Positions 51,845-61,038 of a stretch of DNA of 64,000 nt are shown piece after piece. Below the pieces are notes generated by a model. The model saw only the letters and a program-made list of their open reading frames with translations, was not told the DNA's origin and ran no database searches. The translations under genes were made by a program, and so were the position numbers. The stretch comes from Polyangiaceae bacterium (lineage in GTDB: Bacteria > Myxococcota_A > Polyangia > Polyangiales > Polyangiaceae): positions 3,412-67,411 of the forward strand of contig JAICQQ010000018.1 in NCBI GenBank assembly GCA_025937785.1, written 5' to 3'. Within the stretch, counting starts at the first letter, position 1. Each line of letters begins with the position of its first letter.

Positions 51845-53752
51845 GTGGCCAAGACACTCCGTGTGAGACTCGATCCCGTCCCAACCGCGGCAGCTGGCTC
51901 CGCGGGCTTCATCGAAGGCGTGACGCTGGGGCTGACGAGTTTGGGCAAGGGCAAGTCCCAGCTGAAACCGGATGCGTCGCTGTCCGCCAAGATCACCTTT
52001 CGGCTGGCGCTCAGGAAGGAGATCCGCAGCGGAGAAGAACCGGGCCGCGAGCTGCTCGGGAGCCTGAGCGGAGAGATCAGCTTGGAGGGCGGCCCCGTGT
52101 TCACGACGGCCGAGGCCCTGGAGGAGGCCCTGACCCTCGAGTTCGGGGACGCCCTCGAGGGCAAGGCGGAAGCCGGCGAGAGCGACGAACCCTCGCCGCA
52201 TCGGCCGAGGCCGCGGGTGTTGCCGCTCGAGCTCGACCCCGCGAGCTTCCGCTCCTCACTGAAGCAGTTGCGGCTCGCGATCCCGAGCGAAAAGCTTAGC
52301 GGTTTTCGCTTTTTCGAACTCGAAAGCGAGCTCGAACTCGGGGGCTCGGTGGAAGCGTCGTTCGAACAGAACGACGTGCTCGACGGCAGGATCACCGCCG
52401 AGAGTCCTCCACCGTTGCCCTGCTACGACGTGCTCTTGATCGACGACGTGGGCCAGCCGCTCGCCGATGTCGCGCTCAGCGTCGACGACGCCGGCAACGA
52501 GACCGAGCTCGTCACGGATGCGAGCGGCTTCGCGCGCTTGGTGACCCAAGCACCGGGAACCGCCACGGTCGGCGTGGCTGACGTGGCGGCGCTCCGGAGT
52601 CGGTTGAAACCCGAATGGAACAAGCCAGATAGAGGCAAACGAGGCCGCGCTCCGGAGTTCTCCGTCGAAACGACGGTCTTCACCCTGCGCGGCGAAGAGT
52701 CCCCGAGCGCCGTCCTCGAGAGCGGCAGGGCCCACGTGATCTGCGTTCGCCCCTACGTATTCTTGGCGCGCCTGAAAGGCGTGTTCTTCGACTTGAACAA
52801 GACCTTCTTGCTGAAAACCGCGATCGGCGGCATGAAGGACTTGCGTGCGATCTACCAGGACAATAGCCCTGGGAAACTGCTCGTCGTGGGTCACACGGAC
52901 ACTTCCGGGGCCCCGTCGACCAACGACCCGCTCTCGCTCGAGCGGGCGCGTTCGGTCGCAGCATACCTCAGCGATGACGTAGCGGTCTGGGAGAAGCAGT
53001 ACCAGACCAGCGTTCCGGAATCTCGCCGCTGGGGGGCACCCGAAGACGAGCAGATGATCGAAGCGCTGCTCGACTTCGAGACGGGCCGTCAGCCGGGGGA
53101 AAGTACGGTCGCGTTCTTTCGACGCACCCGCGGCTTCCCTGAGGCGGCGTCGCTGGGCGAAGGCGAGCGCAAGCAGCTCATCACCGAGTACATGGCGCTC
53201 GATGGCGCCAACGTGAAGGACGAAGGCCTGGACATCGCAGTGGTCACCCACGGCTGCGGTGAGAACTTTCCCCTGGACGAGACCGGTGAAAACCTCGACC
53301 GCTCTCCTGACGATGGTCAGCGTGAGCAGCTCGATCGACGCGTCGAGCTCTTCTTCTTCGACAAGGAGCTCGGCGTCCAGCCCCCCGTCACCGACGGATC
53401 GAGCTCGAAGCCAGGCAGCCTCGAGTATCCGGAGTGGCGGCGGCGCGCTACGGAAATACAGGAAATCGACGCCAACGGTCGCCCGCGCGATCGGCACATC
53501 TCGGTCATCTTGCTGAGCAACTCGGGTAACCTTCCCTTGGCTGATCGCAAACTGACCCTCAACGTCGATGGGGACCCGCCCTTCGAGGGCAGCACGGATG
53601 CGGACGGAGCCTTCGAGAAGCTCAATTTACCCGCTGGTGACCATCTCCTCACCGTCGACGGCGTCGAGGTGTTCGTGTCGGCGACGCCTACGGACATCGT
53701 CAAACGGCCGCACGTGGTAGTAGGTCACGTGCTCATCACGGAGGACACGTAG
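51845..53752 (+). CDS. OmpA/MotB-like protein with PG-binding-type insert (paralog of 47430..50687)
   Basis: VFFDLNKTFLLKTA..LLVVGHTDTSGAPSTNDPLSLERARSVAAYL..KQLITEYMALDG..HGCGENFPLDETG..LDRRVELFFF. Shares a 29-nt identical DNA stretch with the paralog. GTG start 3 nt after the upstream stop. Confidence 0.75.
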   Translation: MAKTLRVRLDPVPTAAAGSAGFIEGVTLGLTSLGKGKSQLKPDASLSAKITFRLALRKEIRSGEEPGRELLGSLSGEISLEGGPVFTTAEALEEALTLEFGDALEGKAEAGESDEPSPHRPRPRVLPLELDPASFRSSLKQLRLAIPSEKLSGFRFFELESELELGGSVEASFEQNDVLDGRITAESPPPLPCYDVLLIDDVGQPLADVALSVDDAGNETELVTDASGFARLVTQAPGTATVGVADVAALRSRLKPEWNKPDRGKRGRAPEFSVETTVFTLRGEESPSAVLESGRAHVICVRPYVFLARLKGVFFDLNKTFLLKTAIGGMKDLRAIYQDNSPGKLLVVGHTDTSGAPSTNDPLSLERARSVAAYLSDDVAVWEKQYQTSVPESRRWGAPEDEQMIEALLDFETGRQPGESTVAFFRRTRGFPEAASLGEGERKQLITEYMALDGANVKDEGLDIAVVTHGCGENFPLDETGENLDRSPDDGQREQLDRRVELFFFDKELGVQPPVTDGSSSKPGSLEYPEWRRRATEIQEIDANGRPRDRHISVILLSNSGNLPLADRKLTLNVDGDPPFEGSTDADGAFEKLNLPAGDHLLTVDGVEVFVSATPTDIVKRPHVVVGHVLITEDT

Positions 53753-53755
53753 ATC

Positions 53756-55663
53756 ATGGCAGCCCCCCAAATCGCCTTCGCATTGGCAGGCAAGAACGTG
53801 GTGGACGCGGGGACCGACGCCGATCCGCCGAAAGAGGTGGCCGAGGTCGTCTACAGCGGCAACGTGGCCGAACAAAAGGACGTGACGATCGAACTGTTCG
53901 AGGTCGACCTTGGTGAGGGCACCGGCAAGCCGAGGCAGCCACTCAAGCTCGCCACGTTCAAGGCTGACATCGTTCCGGTGCCGAGCCCCAAACAGGGCAG
54001 CCCCCCGGGCGCGCTCAAGTTGACACAGAAGCCGAGCCCCCCCATCGACAAGGCGTTACCGCGTTTCAAACTCGAGATCGGCGGTGAGACCTTCGACATC
54101 GGCCTCACGGGCCTGGACGCGGAAGGCGGTCGTCGCTTCGAGATTCAGATCAAGGCCGCGGCCAAGGGCAAACGCGGACAGCTCAAGTTCGAGAGCAAGG
54201 CCTTTCTCTTTGCGCGCTTCGGGCATTTCGCCAAAGAGCCGCGAGCCCCCGTCATCGCCTTCATCACCGGGGGGGAGGACGATGCCTTCTTCAAGACGGG
54301 AACGGTGTTTTGGCAGCAGCACGCGGACGTGGTGATCGAGCAGGACGGGATGAGTCTCGAAGAGATCGTAGCTTTCCTTGCCAAACACAGCGCCCGCATC
54401 AAGAAAGAAACCGGCGACAAGGGCTGGGGCGAAGTCAACATCGTCGCCCACGGCAATCCCATTTCCGCCAAGATCAAGATCCTCAAGAGTTCGCCGGAGC
54501 CCAACTTGCGGATCGTTCAGCTCGACGTGGCCTTGAAGCAGAAACCGTCGGCTTTCAAAGTGACGGATCTCGGCCTGCGGGACACGTCGCGCGTCGTGTT
54601 CAGGTCCTGCAACATCGGCCGTCGTGCCGATCTGTTGAAGCGCGTGAAGAAGGACGTGTTCGCCGACAAGTGCGAGGTGAAAGCCCCGAAGTTCCTGCAA
54701 CAGTATGCGACGGCCGCAGGCTCGGCCTCCACACGCAAGGCTACCGAGGGCTTCGTCGAAGACGTGACCATTCACCTGCCGCAGGCCACCGAACCTTCGG
54801 ATGCGCAGAAGCTGGCCGCGATCAAGGCGCGCTTCGAGGAACTGGAGAAAAAGAGACCCACCGCCCAGCGTCAAACGTTCGAGAAGGAGAAGAACACCTT
54901 CACCATCAAGAAGGCCAAGCTCGTCGAAAATTCGGTGCCATTTCCTGGTGGTGGTCTGAAGGAACACGAAGCTGCGTTGCACATGAAGGAGAACAAGCAG
55001 AGGACGACGCCGGAAGCGCGCCTCGCCGCCGCCATCGACGCCGACAACCAGACGGACAACTTCGATTTTACCGTCAAGGAGCAGTGGAAGCGGGGGAGCG
55101 TCACGATCCTTACCGAGCAGGCCGCCAAAGAACTCGAGGTGCAAGCCTCTTCCGCAGATGCGCTGCCGCCCCGCGCCATTGCGCCGGTGGGTGGTACCGT
55201 CGTGATCGGGAACAATTCGACTCTCAAATCGTCGATCGAAGGGTCGAGTAACCGCTTCGTCAACGCCATCCACTCACCGGCATCCGGCCTCAGCTCGGAC
55301 CAGTTCATCGACATCAAGGTCGTCGATGCAAAGAAGGTCAAGGTGACCACGACCGGAGGAGCTACGTTCGTGTTCAACGGCTCCACGGAGACCGAGCGCA
55401 GCGCGACGTTGACGGGTAAGGGTCAGCTGAAGTTGGGCGTTGGGGGCGAGACGTTGACGGTGCGCCGTTCCCAACTGGTGACAGCCGAACTGCCGATCAA
55501 GCGATTTTCGGTGAGCTTCCGGCGCAAGCTGCGCAAGAGCGATCCCAAACTCGACTTTGCGAAAAGACCCGCGATCGTCCCGGACATCGACGACCCAGGG
55601 CACTACGGTTCCAGCAATGACCCTGACCCCAGCCCGAGCGAGCTCGCGGAACTCGGAAAGTAG
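53756..55663 (+). CDS. Lys-rich hypothetical protein with caspase/CHAT- or DUF4347-like His...Cys strand pattern
   Basis: ATG 3 nt after the upstream stop. Central alpha/beta region: VIAFITGG, VVIEQDG, EVNIVAHGNP (His232), RVVFRSCNIGRR (Cys285), CEVKAPKF. Confidence 0.6.
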   Translation: MAAPQIAFALAGKNVVDAGTDADPPKEVAEVVYSGNVAEQKDVTIELFEVDLGEGTGKPRQPLKLATFKADIVPVPSPKQGSPPGALKLTQKPSPPIDKALPRFKLEIGGETFDIGLTGLDAEGGRRFEIQIKAAAKGKRGQLKFESKAFLFARFGHFAKEPRAPVIAFITGGEDDAFFKTGTVFWQQHADVVIEQDGMSLEEIVAFLAKHSARIKKETGDKGWGEVNIVAHGNPISAKIKILKSSPEPNLRIVQLDVALKQKPSAFKVTDLGLRDTSRVVFRSCNIGRRADLLKRVKKDVFADKCEVKAPKFLQQYATAAGSASTRKATEGFVEDVTIHLPQATEPSDAQKLAAIKARFEELEKKRPTAQRQTFEKEKNTFTIKKAKLVENSVPFPGGGLKEHEAALHMKENKQRTTPEARLAAAIDADNQTDNFDFTVKEQWKRGSVTILTEQAAKELEVQASSADALPPRAIAPVGGTVVIGNNSTLKSSIEGSSNRFVNAIHSPASGLSSDQFIDIKVVDAKKVKVTTTGGATFVFNGSTETERSATLTGKGQLKLGVGGETLTVRRSQLVTAELPIKRFSVSFRRKLRKSDPKLDFAKRPAIVPDIDDPGHYGSSNDPDPSPSELAELGK

Positions 55664-55664
55664 C

Positions 55665-57323
55665 TTGGCCGTCGCGCCGCGGCTCCCAGCTCGGGGCGCG
55701 CTGGCTCGGGCCGTGCTGGCTGGGGTGGCGCTCGTATGGGTGCCCGTGAGCTGCGCGCCTCGCGCGACCCCGCTGTCGCCGAGCGAGCCCGGCGAGGCTT
55801 CGGGGCATACCGGGGTCGCGCCCACGCCTTCGGCTTCGGCCTCACAGAGTACCCCCGCCACCGTTCTCCGAGACGCTAGCGCGGTCGTGCGAGAGCAGCT
55901 CACTCGCGGAGCGGCCTTCTACGGCTGGACCGTGACCGAAGGGGGTCCTGTCTGTTCGGACGAGTCTTTCCTGGGCGCGACAGCGGACGCTGCTCTGGTC
56001 CGCTTTCGCCCAGACGAGTGGATGTTCCTCCACAGCGGATCGTTCCAGACCACGCGCACCTTGGGCCAAGTGCACGAGTTCCACGGCTACTCCTCGGCGT
56101 CCGTGCTCGATGCCGGGCACGAACTGTTCTTCTCGCTCGAAGCGTGCCGGCGCGGCGACATGCGCTACGCGCCGCGTCGGGGCTCGGCAGCAGGCCAACG
56201 CCTTCCAGATCTCGGAACGAGTTGGCTCCTGTCCGGTGACTGGCGTGCCACGCTCGAACACGATTTCGTGAGCGTGTCGCGGCGTGATGAGCGCCTTCTC
56301 TACCAGGTGCGCTTCTACTTCGATGCGGGCCTCGTCTATCTGCGGGGTCCCCTTGCCGGGGCCGCTGCCCCGCCCGGCGCCACTCCCGTCGCGCGGGGGG
56401 TGTATCGACTTGCCGAGGGCCAGGCCTACCTCCAGATGGGCGGCTGGCGTTTTTGTTCGGAGGAGCTCGAGGGCGAGTCACTCGCGCGCTGCCTCGAAGC
56501 CGGTGCCCGACTCGGGCCCCCGCTCTACCCAGTGCTCGACACCGCGCCACCTATGGCCGACTTTGCCGAAGAGTTCTGGAGCTACGAGGCGCCGCTCTAC
56601 GTGCCGGTGCTGGGGGCTGCTGCGGTGAGCTGTGCGCCGCTCGAGCGCCAGGCCTCGAGCCACGGCCTACCCGTGTACCGCGTGAACAGCGAGGGGCTCG
56701 AACTCAGCATCGCCCTGGTGCGCACGGTTGCCGGGTTCGACCCGTTCCTGGCAGCCCCTGACACGCCGTCGCGCTTCTTGCATGGCAAGCTGTCGCGCAG
56801 CGAGCCTCGGTTAGTGGTGCATGGCAAGAATGCGAAGTCCTTCTGGATTAATGGTTCCCCGTGGTTCCTGCGGCAAGCGGACTGTCTGAAAGAGCTGCCT
56901 CACGCCAAGCCCGTCAACTTCGGGCTGGCCGCGCGCGCTGCCGCTCGCGCAGCGGAAACCCATCCACCCGCCAGCCCGCGCGTCCAACGCACGAGCACCC
57001 TCGAGAGCGAGTACTATGCGCTCGAGTCGACCTGTGCTCGTGTGGCTCTGACACCACTGGTCGACCCGATGGGGCGTCTCGTGGTCGAACGCCCTGGCGG
57101 CAGCGCTGCGTACGACTACGACTACTACCCCATCGCGGGTGCGCTGTGGCTCAGTCGCATCGGCAGCGCACCCGCCCAGCCAAGCGATCCGCTCGCGGGG
57201 CGCCTGCTCCGGGTCGAACCGTTCGGTGCGGGCCTTCAGGTAGGCGGAGCGGCTTGGTATGCGACGCGGGCGGCTTGCGAGATGGCGCTGAAGGAGCCTC
57301 CGGGAGGAGACGCGGCGAAGTAG
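55665..57323 (+). CDS. lipoprotein, hypothetical
   Basis: TTG 55665 (1 nt after the upstream stop) gives ..RGALARAVLAGVALVWVPVSC (signal peptide plus lipobox). ATG 55617 is an overlapping alternative. No known motif. Confidence 0.55.
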   Translation: MAVAPRLPARGALARAVLAGVALVWVPVSCAPRATPLSPSEPGEASGHTGVAPTPSASASQSTPATVLRDASAVVREQLTRGAAFYGWTVTEGGPVCSDESFLGATADAALVRFRPDEWMFLHSGSFQTTRTLGQVHEFHGYSSASVLDAGHELFFSLEACRRGDMRYAPRRGSAAGQRLPDLGTSWLLSGDWRATLEHDFVSVSRRDERLLYQVRFYFDAGLVYLRGPLAGAAAPPGATPVARGVYRLAEGQAYLQMGGWRFCSEELEGESLARCLEAGARLGPPLYPVLDTAPPMADFAEEFWSYEAPLYVPVLGAAAVSCAPLERQASSHGLPVYRVNSEGLELSIALVRTVAGFDPFLAAPDTPSRFLHGKLSRSEPRLVVHGKNAKSFWINGSPWFLRQADCLKELPHAKPVNFGLAARAAARAAETHPPASPRVQRTSTLESEYYALESTCARVALTPLVDPMGRLVVERPGGSAAYDYDYYPIAGALWLSRIGSAPAQPSDPLAGRLLRVEPFGAGLQVGGAAWYATRAACEMALKEPPGGDAAK

Positions 57324-57372
57324 GACTTCGCCCGGCAATTCGGTTGACGTCACGGGCCGGTGCCGTTGCCAC

Positions 57373-57987
57373 TTACTTCGCGACCTTCTTGACGGTGTCC
57401 CAGGTGCGCGTGGTGATGTCCTTGCCGAACGTTTTTTCGATCAGCCTCATGAATAGCGGTCCCCGCGGCCCCGGCACGTAGGCGCTGAAGGCCTCGCTCC
57501 CCACGACGCACAGGATGCGGGCGCTCTCGAAGGTGAGCGGTGTCGGTAGTTTCGCTTTCGGCGCCCGCTTGAAGAACGTCACCACGCGTTTGACGTCGCG
57601 GGCCAGCCGAAACTGGGCGAAAGGATCCGCCTCGAGCATGGCCTGTAGCGCTGCTACGGGGCGCACGATGGTCGCGAAGCTGTGACCGAGTTCCGTCTGC
57701 ATGGCAGCTTCGGCGCGTGCTGCCAGCGACGCCGCGGAGGCAGCGGGCGCACTGAAGACGACGTTGCCGCTGCCGAGCACGGTCTTGACGTCCGTGAAGC
57801 CAGCGGCTTCGAAACATCGCTTCAGCTCCGGCATCTTCGCGTTCAGCGGGCTCACCCCGCGCAGGAATGCGGCATACCGCCGGACTCGGGTGCGTTTCAG
57901 CGCGCCCGAGTTCCGCTCGCCTGGCCGAGGTGCCTTCTTGGTTGGCCGAGATGCCTTCTTGGTTGCCGGTGGCGTTTTCATACGCAT
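57373..57987 (-). CDS. DUF1697-family protein
   Basis: YAAFLRGVSPLNAKMPELKRCFEAAGFTDVKTVLGSGNVVF is the characteristic DUF1697 N-terminus, preceded by a Lys/Pro-rich extension. Confidence 0.75.
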   Translation of the reverse strand: MRMKTPPATKKASRPTKKAPRPGERNSGALKRTRVRRYAAFLRGVSPLNAKMPELKRCFEAAGFTDVKTVLGSGNVVFSAPAASAASLAARAEAAMQTELGHSFATIVRPVAALQAMLEADPFAQFRLARDVKRVVTFFKRAPKAKLPTPLTFESARILCVVGSEAFSAYVPGPRGPLFMRLIEKTFGKDITTRTWDTVKKVAK

Positions 57988-58263
57988 CGGCGTGATTCAG
58001 TGTGACTGGTGGGCCGGCGTCTATAAAAAAAGATTCGGAAAATGTCGCGAGCGTGATCAATCGGCCGTGGCCCTGGCCATGGTGTGCCTGTTCCCGGGAG
58101 GAGTGAGAGTAATGCAAGCACCTGTGCCAGTCGGCTCGCCAGCTCGAGACCGTGCGACGCAACGCTCGACCGTCTCGGGTCCTGCGGAGAACGGGCGCTG
58201 TCGCTCCGTGGGAGCTCGTGCCAGCAAAAGCGTCGCGAAAAGGAATGGGGTTCAGGAGGAACT

Positions 58264-59175
58264 ATGTTCAATCATCGACAAATCCAGTCAGGCAGCAGCG
58301 GTCGTCCAGGGTGGGGCTTTTCGAGAGGGGTCCCCGTAGCGTTGGGGCTGGCGGCGGCACTGGGCGCTTCCACCGCGCGCGCGCAAGACTGCCAGAGTGA
58401 CGCGGACTGTGGCTTTGGCTTTCGCTGCCATCAGGAGGTCATCAGCACGACATCGACGAGCGGGGGCAGCGTGACCACCGTGACCGGTGGGACAACCACG
58501 ACTGGCTTTCCAAGCGAGCCGGACTGCGGCAACAGCATGTGTGAAGAAACCGAGGACCCGGAGAGCTGCCCCGACGATTGCGGAATCTACAGCTATTGCG
58601 TAGGCGTCAGCTGTGAATCGGATTCAGATTGCGCCGAGGATTACTCCTGCCAACCGGAAGGCGGGATCTATTCGACGACGACGACGGGGAGCGATGGTCC
58701 CGTGTGTGGTGACTACGCATGCGACTCGGCAGAAAGCGAGGAGTCGTGCTGGACGGATTGCAGCACGGCAGCCACCTGCCAAGTGACTCGCTGTGAAACT
58801 GACGCGGATTGCAACGAGGGCTTCTATTGCGATCCAAAAGGTGGCTCCGCTGTTTCGAGCGCTACTTCGGGCGGTGGCACCGACGGCTCGTCCTACAGCA
58901 TCGAACTCTACCTCAGTGACTGTCTACCGCTGCCGACCGATGGGGCCGGGGGGAATGGCTCGGGAGCCGGTGGCACCCACGGTAACGGTAACGGCAATGG
59001 CAACGGCAACGGCAACGGTAGCGGCACCGACGGCGGGCATGGGTGGCCCTGGCCGCACGGGCCCCACGGTGGGTGCGCGGTCGCCGCAGCGCCTTCTAGC
59101 GGAAGTTCATTCTTCGCTGCACTGGCGGGCTTGATTGCCTGCGGTTTCGTGCAGCGGCGTCGCCGCCAGCAGTAG
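58264..59175 (+). CDS. secreted Cys-rich repeat protein with (GN)n tract and MYXO-CTERM tail
   Basis: GGAGGA SD at 58255-58260. Signal peptide (..GASTARA). Repeats CQSDADCGFGFRC, CESDSDCAEDYSC, CETDADCNEGFYC. GNGNGNGNGNGNG tract. C-terminus GCAVAAAPSSGSSFFAALAGLIACGFVQRRRRQQ. Confidence 0.78.
   Translation: MFNHRQIQSGSSGRPGWGFSRGVPVALGLAAALGASTARAQDCQSDADCGFGFRCHQEVISTTSTSGGSVTTVTGGTTTTGFPSEPDCGNSMCEETEDPESCPDDCGIYSYCVGVSCESDSDCAEDYSCQPEGGIYSTTTTGSDGPVCGDYACDSAESEESCWTDCSTAATCQVTRCETDADCNEGFYCDPKGGSAVSSATSGGGTDGSSYSIELYLSDCLPLPTDGAGGNGSGAGGTHGNGNGNGNGNGNGSGTDGGHGWPWPHGPHGGCAVAAAPSSGSSFFAALAGLIACGFVQRRRRQQ
58981..59016 (+). repeat. hexanucleotide (GGYAAY)6 microsatellite encoding (GN)6
   Basis: ggtaac ggtaac ggcaat ggcaac ggcaac ggcaac, read directly. 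Confidence 0.9.
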
Positions 59176-59194
59176 CAAGCAGACGGGGACTCCC

Positions 59195-59235
59195 GCGAGC
59201 CGGCGCCGCGCCCGAAGGTGCCAGCGCCGGCTCGC
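59195..59235 (+). terminator. GC-rich stem-loop (12-bp perfect stem, 17-nt loop) 20 nt after the stop of 58264..59175
   Basis: GCGAGCCGGCGC (59195-59206) pairs with GCGCCGGCTCGC (59224-59235). It is followed by a C-run, not a T-run, so intrinsic-terminator function is uncertain. Confidence 0.4.
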
Positions 59236-59378
59236 TCCCCCCACCCGTCCCCCCAGGCCCAGGCCCCGTTAGCGCGCTCCCAACAGCGATCGAATCTGCT
59301 GCGAAACGTGGCGGAAAGGGGGCTGTCAGGTCCGCAGCTCAGAGCCTAAGCTAGACGACTCACTGCAAGGAGGACCCC

Positions 59379-59870
59379 ATGGCATCAGCTCGCAAGGCAA
59401 AGATCTTTCCTTTTCTCTGGTACGCGAAGGACGCCGAAGAGGCAGCCAGGTTCTATGCCTCGATCTTCCCCGACTCCAGCGTGGACGCGGTCACGCCGAT
59501 GATGAGCGAATCACCGAGCGGGCCACCCGGTTCGGTGAAGGTCGTGGACTTCACCCTGTTCGGACAGCGCTTTCAGGCAATGACCGCCGGCCCTCATCAC
59601 GACTTCAACGACGCCATCTCACTGACAGTCGAGTGTGAGGACCAGGCGGAGCTCGACCGCTACTGGAATGCGTTGCTCGAGGGTGGGGGCAAAACACAGG
59701 CATGCGGCTGGCTCATCGATCGCTTCGGTGTGCGCTGGCAGATAGTACCCGCCGTGCTCAACGAGATGATGGCCGACAAAGATCCGGTGCGTTCGAAGCG
59801 CGCGAGCGATGCAATGCTCCAGATGATCAAGCTCGACATCGCCGCCCTGCAGAAAGCATACCGCGGGTAG
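59379..59870 (+). CDS. VOC/glyoxalase-fold protein (PhnB / 3-demethylubiquinone-9 methyltransferase-domain family)
   Basis: KIFPFLWY..AEEAARFYASIFPDS..FTLFGQRFQAM..DRYWNAL..ACGWLIDRFGVRWQIVP. AAGGAGGA SD. Confidence 0.8.
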   Translation: MASARKAKIFPFLWYAKDAEEAARFYASIFPDSSVDAVTPMMSESPSGPPGSVKVVDFTLFGQRFQAMTAGPHHDFNDAISLTVECEDQAELDRYWNALLEGGGKTQACGWLIDRFGVRWQIVPAVLNEMMADKDPVRSKRASDAMLQMIKLDIAALQKAYRG

Positions 59871-59940
59871 GAGCTCGCTCCGAACGACGGAAAGATTTTC
59901 GTTTTGCGGACGCGCGGGCGGCCCGTGGTAATGTGCTTCG

Positions 59941-61038
59941 ATGAAGTTCCTTGCCGTCGTGGTCGCCGCGCTCGTACTCATCGCTCCCGCTTTGGCATTC
60001 GCCGCTCCCAAGGCCTGCAGCTGTAAAAACCTCGAGAGCATCCAGCAAGAGCTCGCGAACGCGCTGTACTTGGCGAAGTTCCAGGCGGACTTGGCCACGA
60101 AGGTCAAGCAGGCAGAAGATGACCAACGCGATCTCAGGAAGAAGAATCCAAGCCACCCGTTGGCGAAATACCCTGTGGAAAAAATCTCGCGACAGGAGTG
60201 GGAGAAGTTGCGTGATGACGTGTCGCTGCCTTTCCCTCAGGTCAAGGGCTACACCGGCCCGAACTCGGTGGGCCTCATCGAAGGGGAATGCAAGAATCAG
60301 CCAAACGACCTCAAGGCGCTCGCGGACGGCGCCTCGTGCAAAGAGCTCGGCACTATCACGCTGAAGCACGAACAAGAGCACCGAGACCTTTGCACGCAGA
60401 TGGGCAAAGCCAAGTATTGGAAGCGCCTCTTCTCGGAGATTGCTGCCGAGGAGGCGGATCGCTACACCGCGCAGGCGAAGGCGATCCGCGTACTATTGAA
60501 GAAGGTCATCGATGGTTCCACGGTCAAGGTATCCGAAGAGACCGATCTGAAGATCACTAGCGGGCCGATGGAGTACAACTACCACCTGTCGATGCCGGCG
60601 TTCAAACTCACGGGTAAGAGCTCCCCAGGGAAAGACGCTTGGGAGCTCAAGGGCACGGGGACGCGCACGGTCGCGGTCACCAGCGTCAAGATCCCAGGCA
60701 TGACTTGTACACCCCCGACTCAAAAGCTCCCGAGCAAGGTCACGGGCACCCTCGAGCTCGACGGTCTGAAGATGAAGCTCGACCAATCGAGCGTGACCGA
60801 AGGCGGTAGTTTGACGATGACCTGCAAGATACCGGGGAAGGGCCAAGGCTTCGGCTACGGCGTGGCGCCCCCCGGCGAGCGAGGCTCGGGCGAGGTGTTC
60901 AAGGACGCCGACGTGAAGCTCAAGAGCTCGATGGTCGAGAACGTCGCGCAGACGGTCTGGGGCAAAGCCATCAACCAGACTGGTGTGAGCGCCAGCGGTA
61001 CCAGCACCACCAAGCTGACCATCACCTGCGCCCAATGA
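59941..61038 (+). CDS. secreted Lys-rich hypothetical protein
   Basis: Clear signal peptide MKFLAVVVAALVLIAPALAFA. Helical N-terminal half containing KHEQEHRD, and a beta-rich C-terminal half. Visibly lower GC than its neighbours. Confidence 0.6.
   Translation: MKFLAVVVAALVLIAPALAFAAPKACSCKNLESIQQELANALYLAKFQADLATKVKQAEDDQRDLRKKNPSHPLAKYPVEKISRQEWEKLRDDVSLPFPQVKGYTGPNSVGLIEGECKNQPNDLKALADGASCKELGTITLKHEQEHRDLCTQMGKAKYWKRLFSEIAAEEADRYTAQAKAIRVLLKKVIDGSTVKVSEETDLKITSGPMEYNYHLSMPAFKLTGKSSPGKDAWELKGTGTRTVAVTSVKIPGMTCTPPTQKLPSKVTGTLELDGLKMKLDQSSVTEGGSLTMTCKIPGKGQGFGYGVAPPGERGSGEVFKDADVKLKSSMVENVAQTVWGKAINQTGVSASGTSTTKLTITCAQ

Noticed and set aside
59941-61038. Calling the secreted Lys-rich protein a zinc metalloprotease on the basis of HEQEH
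   Set aside because: HExxH occurs by chance frequently. There is no hydrophobic context, third ligand or Met-turn recognisable.
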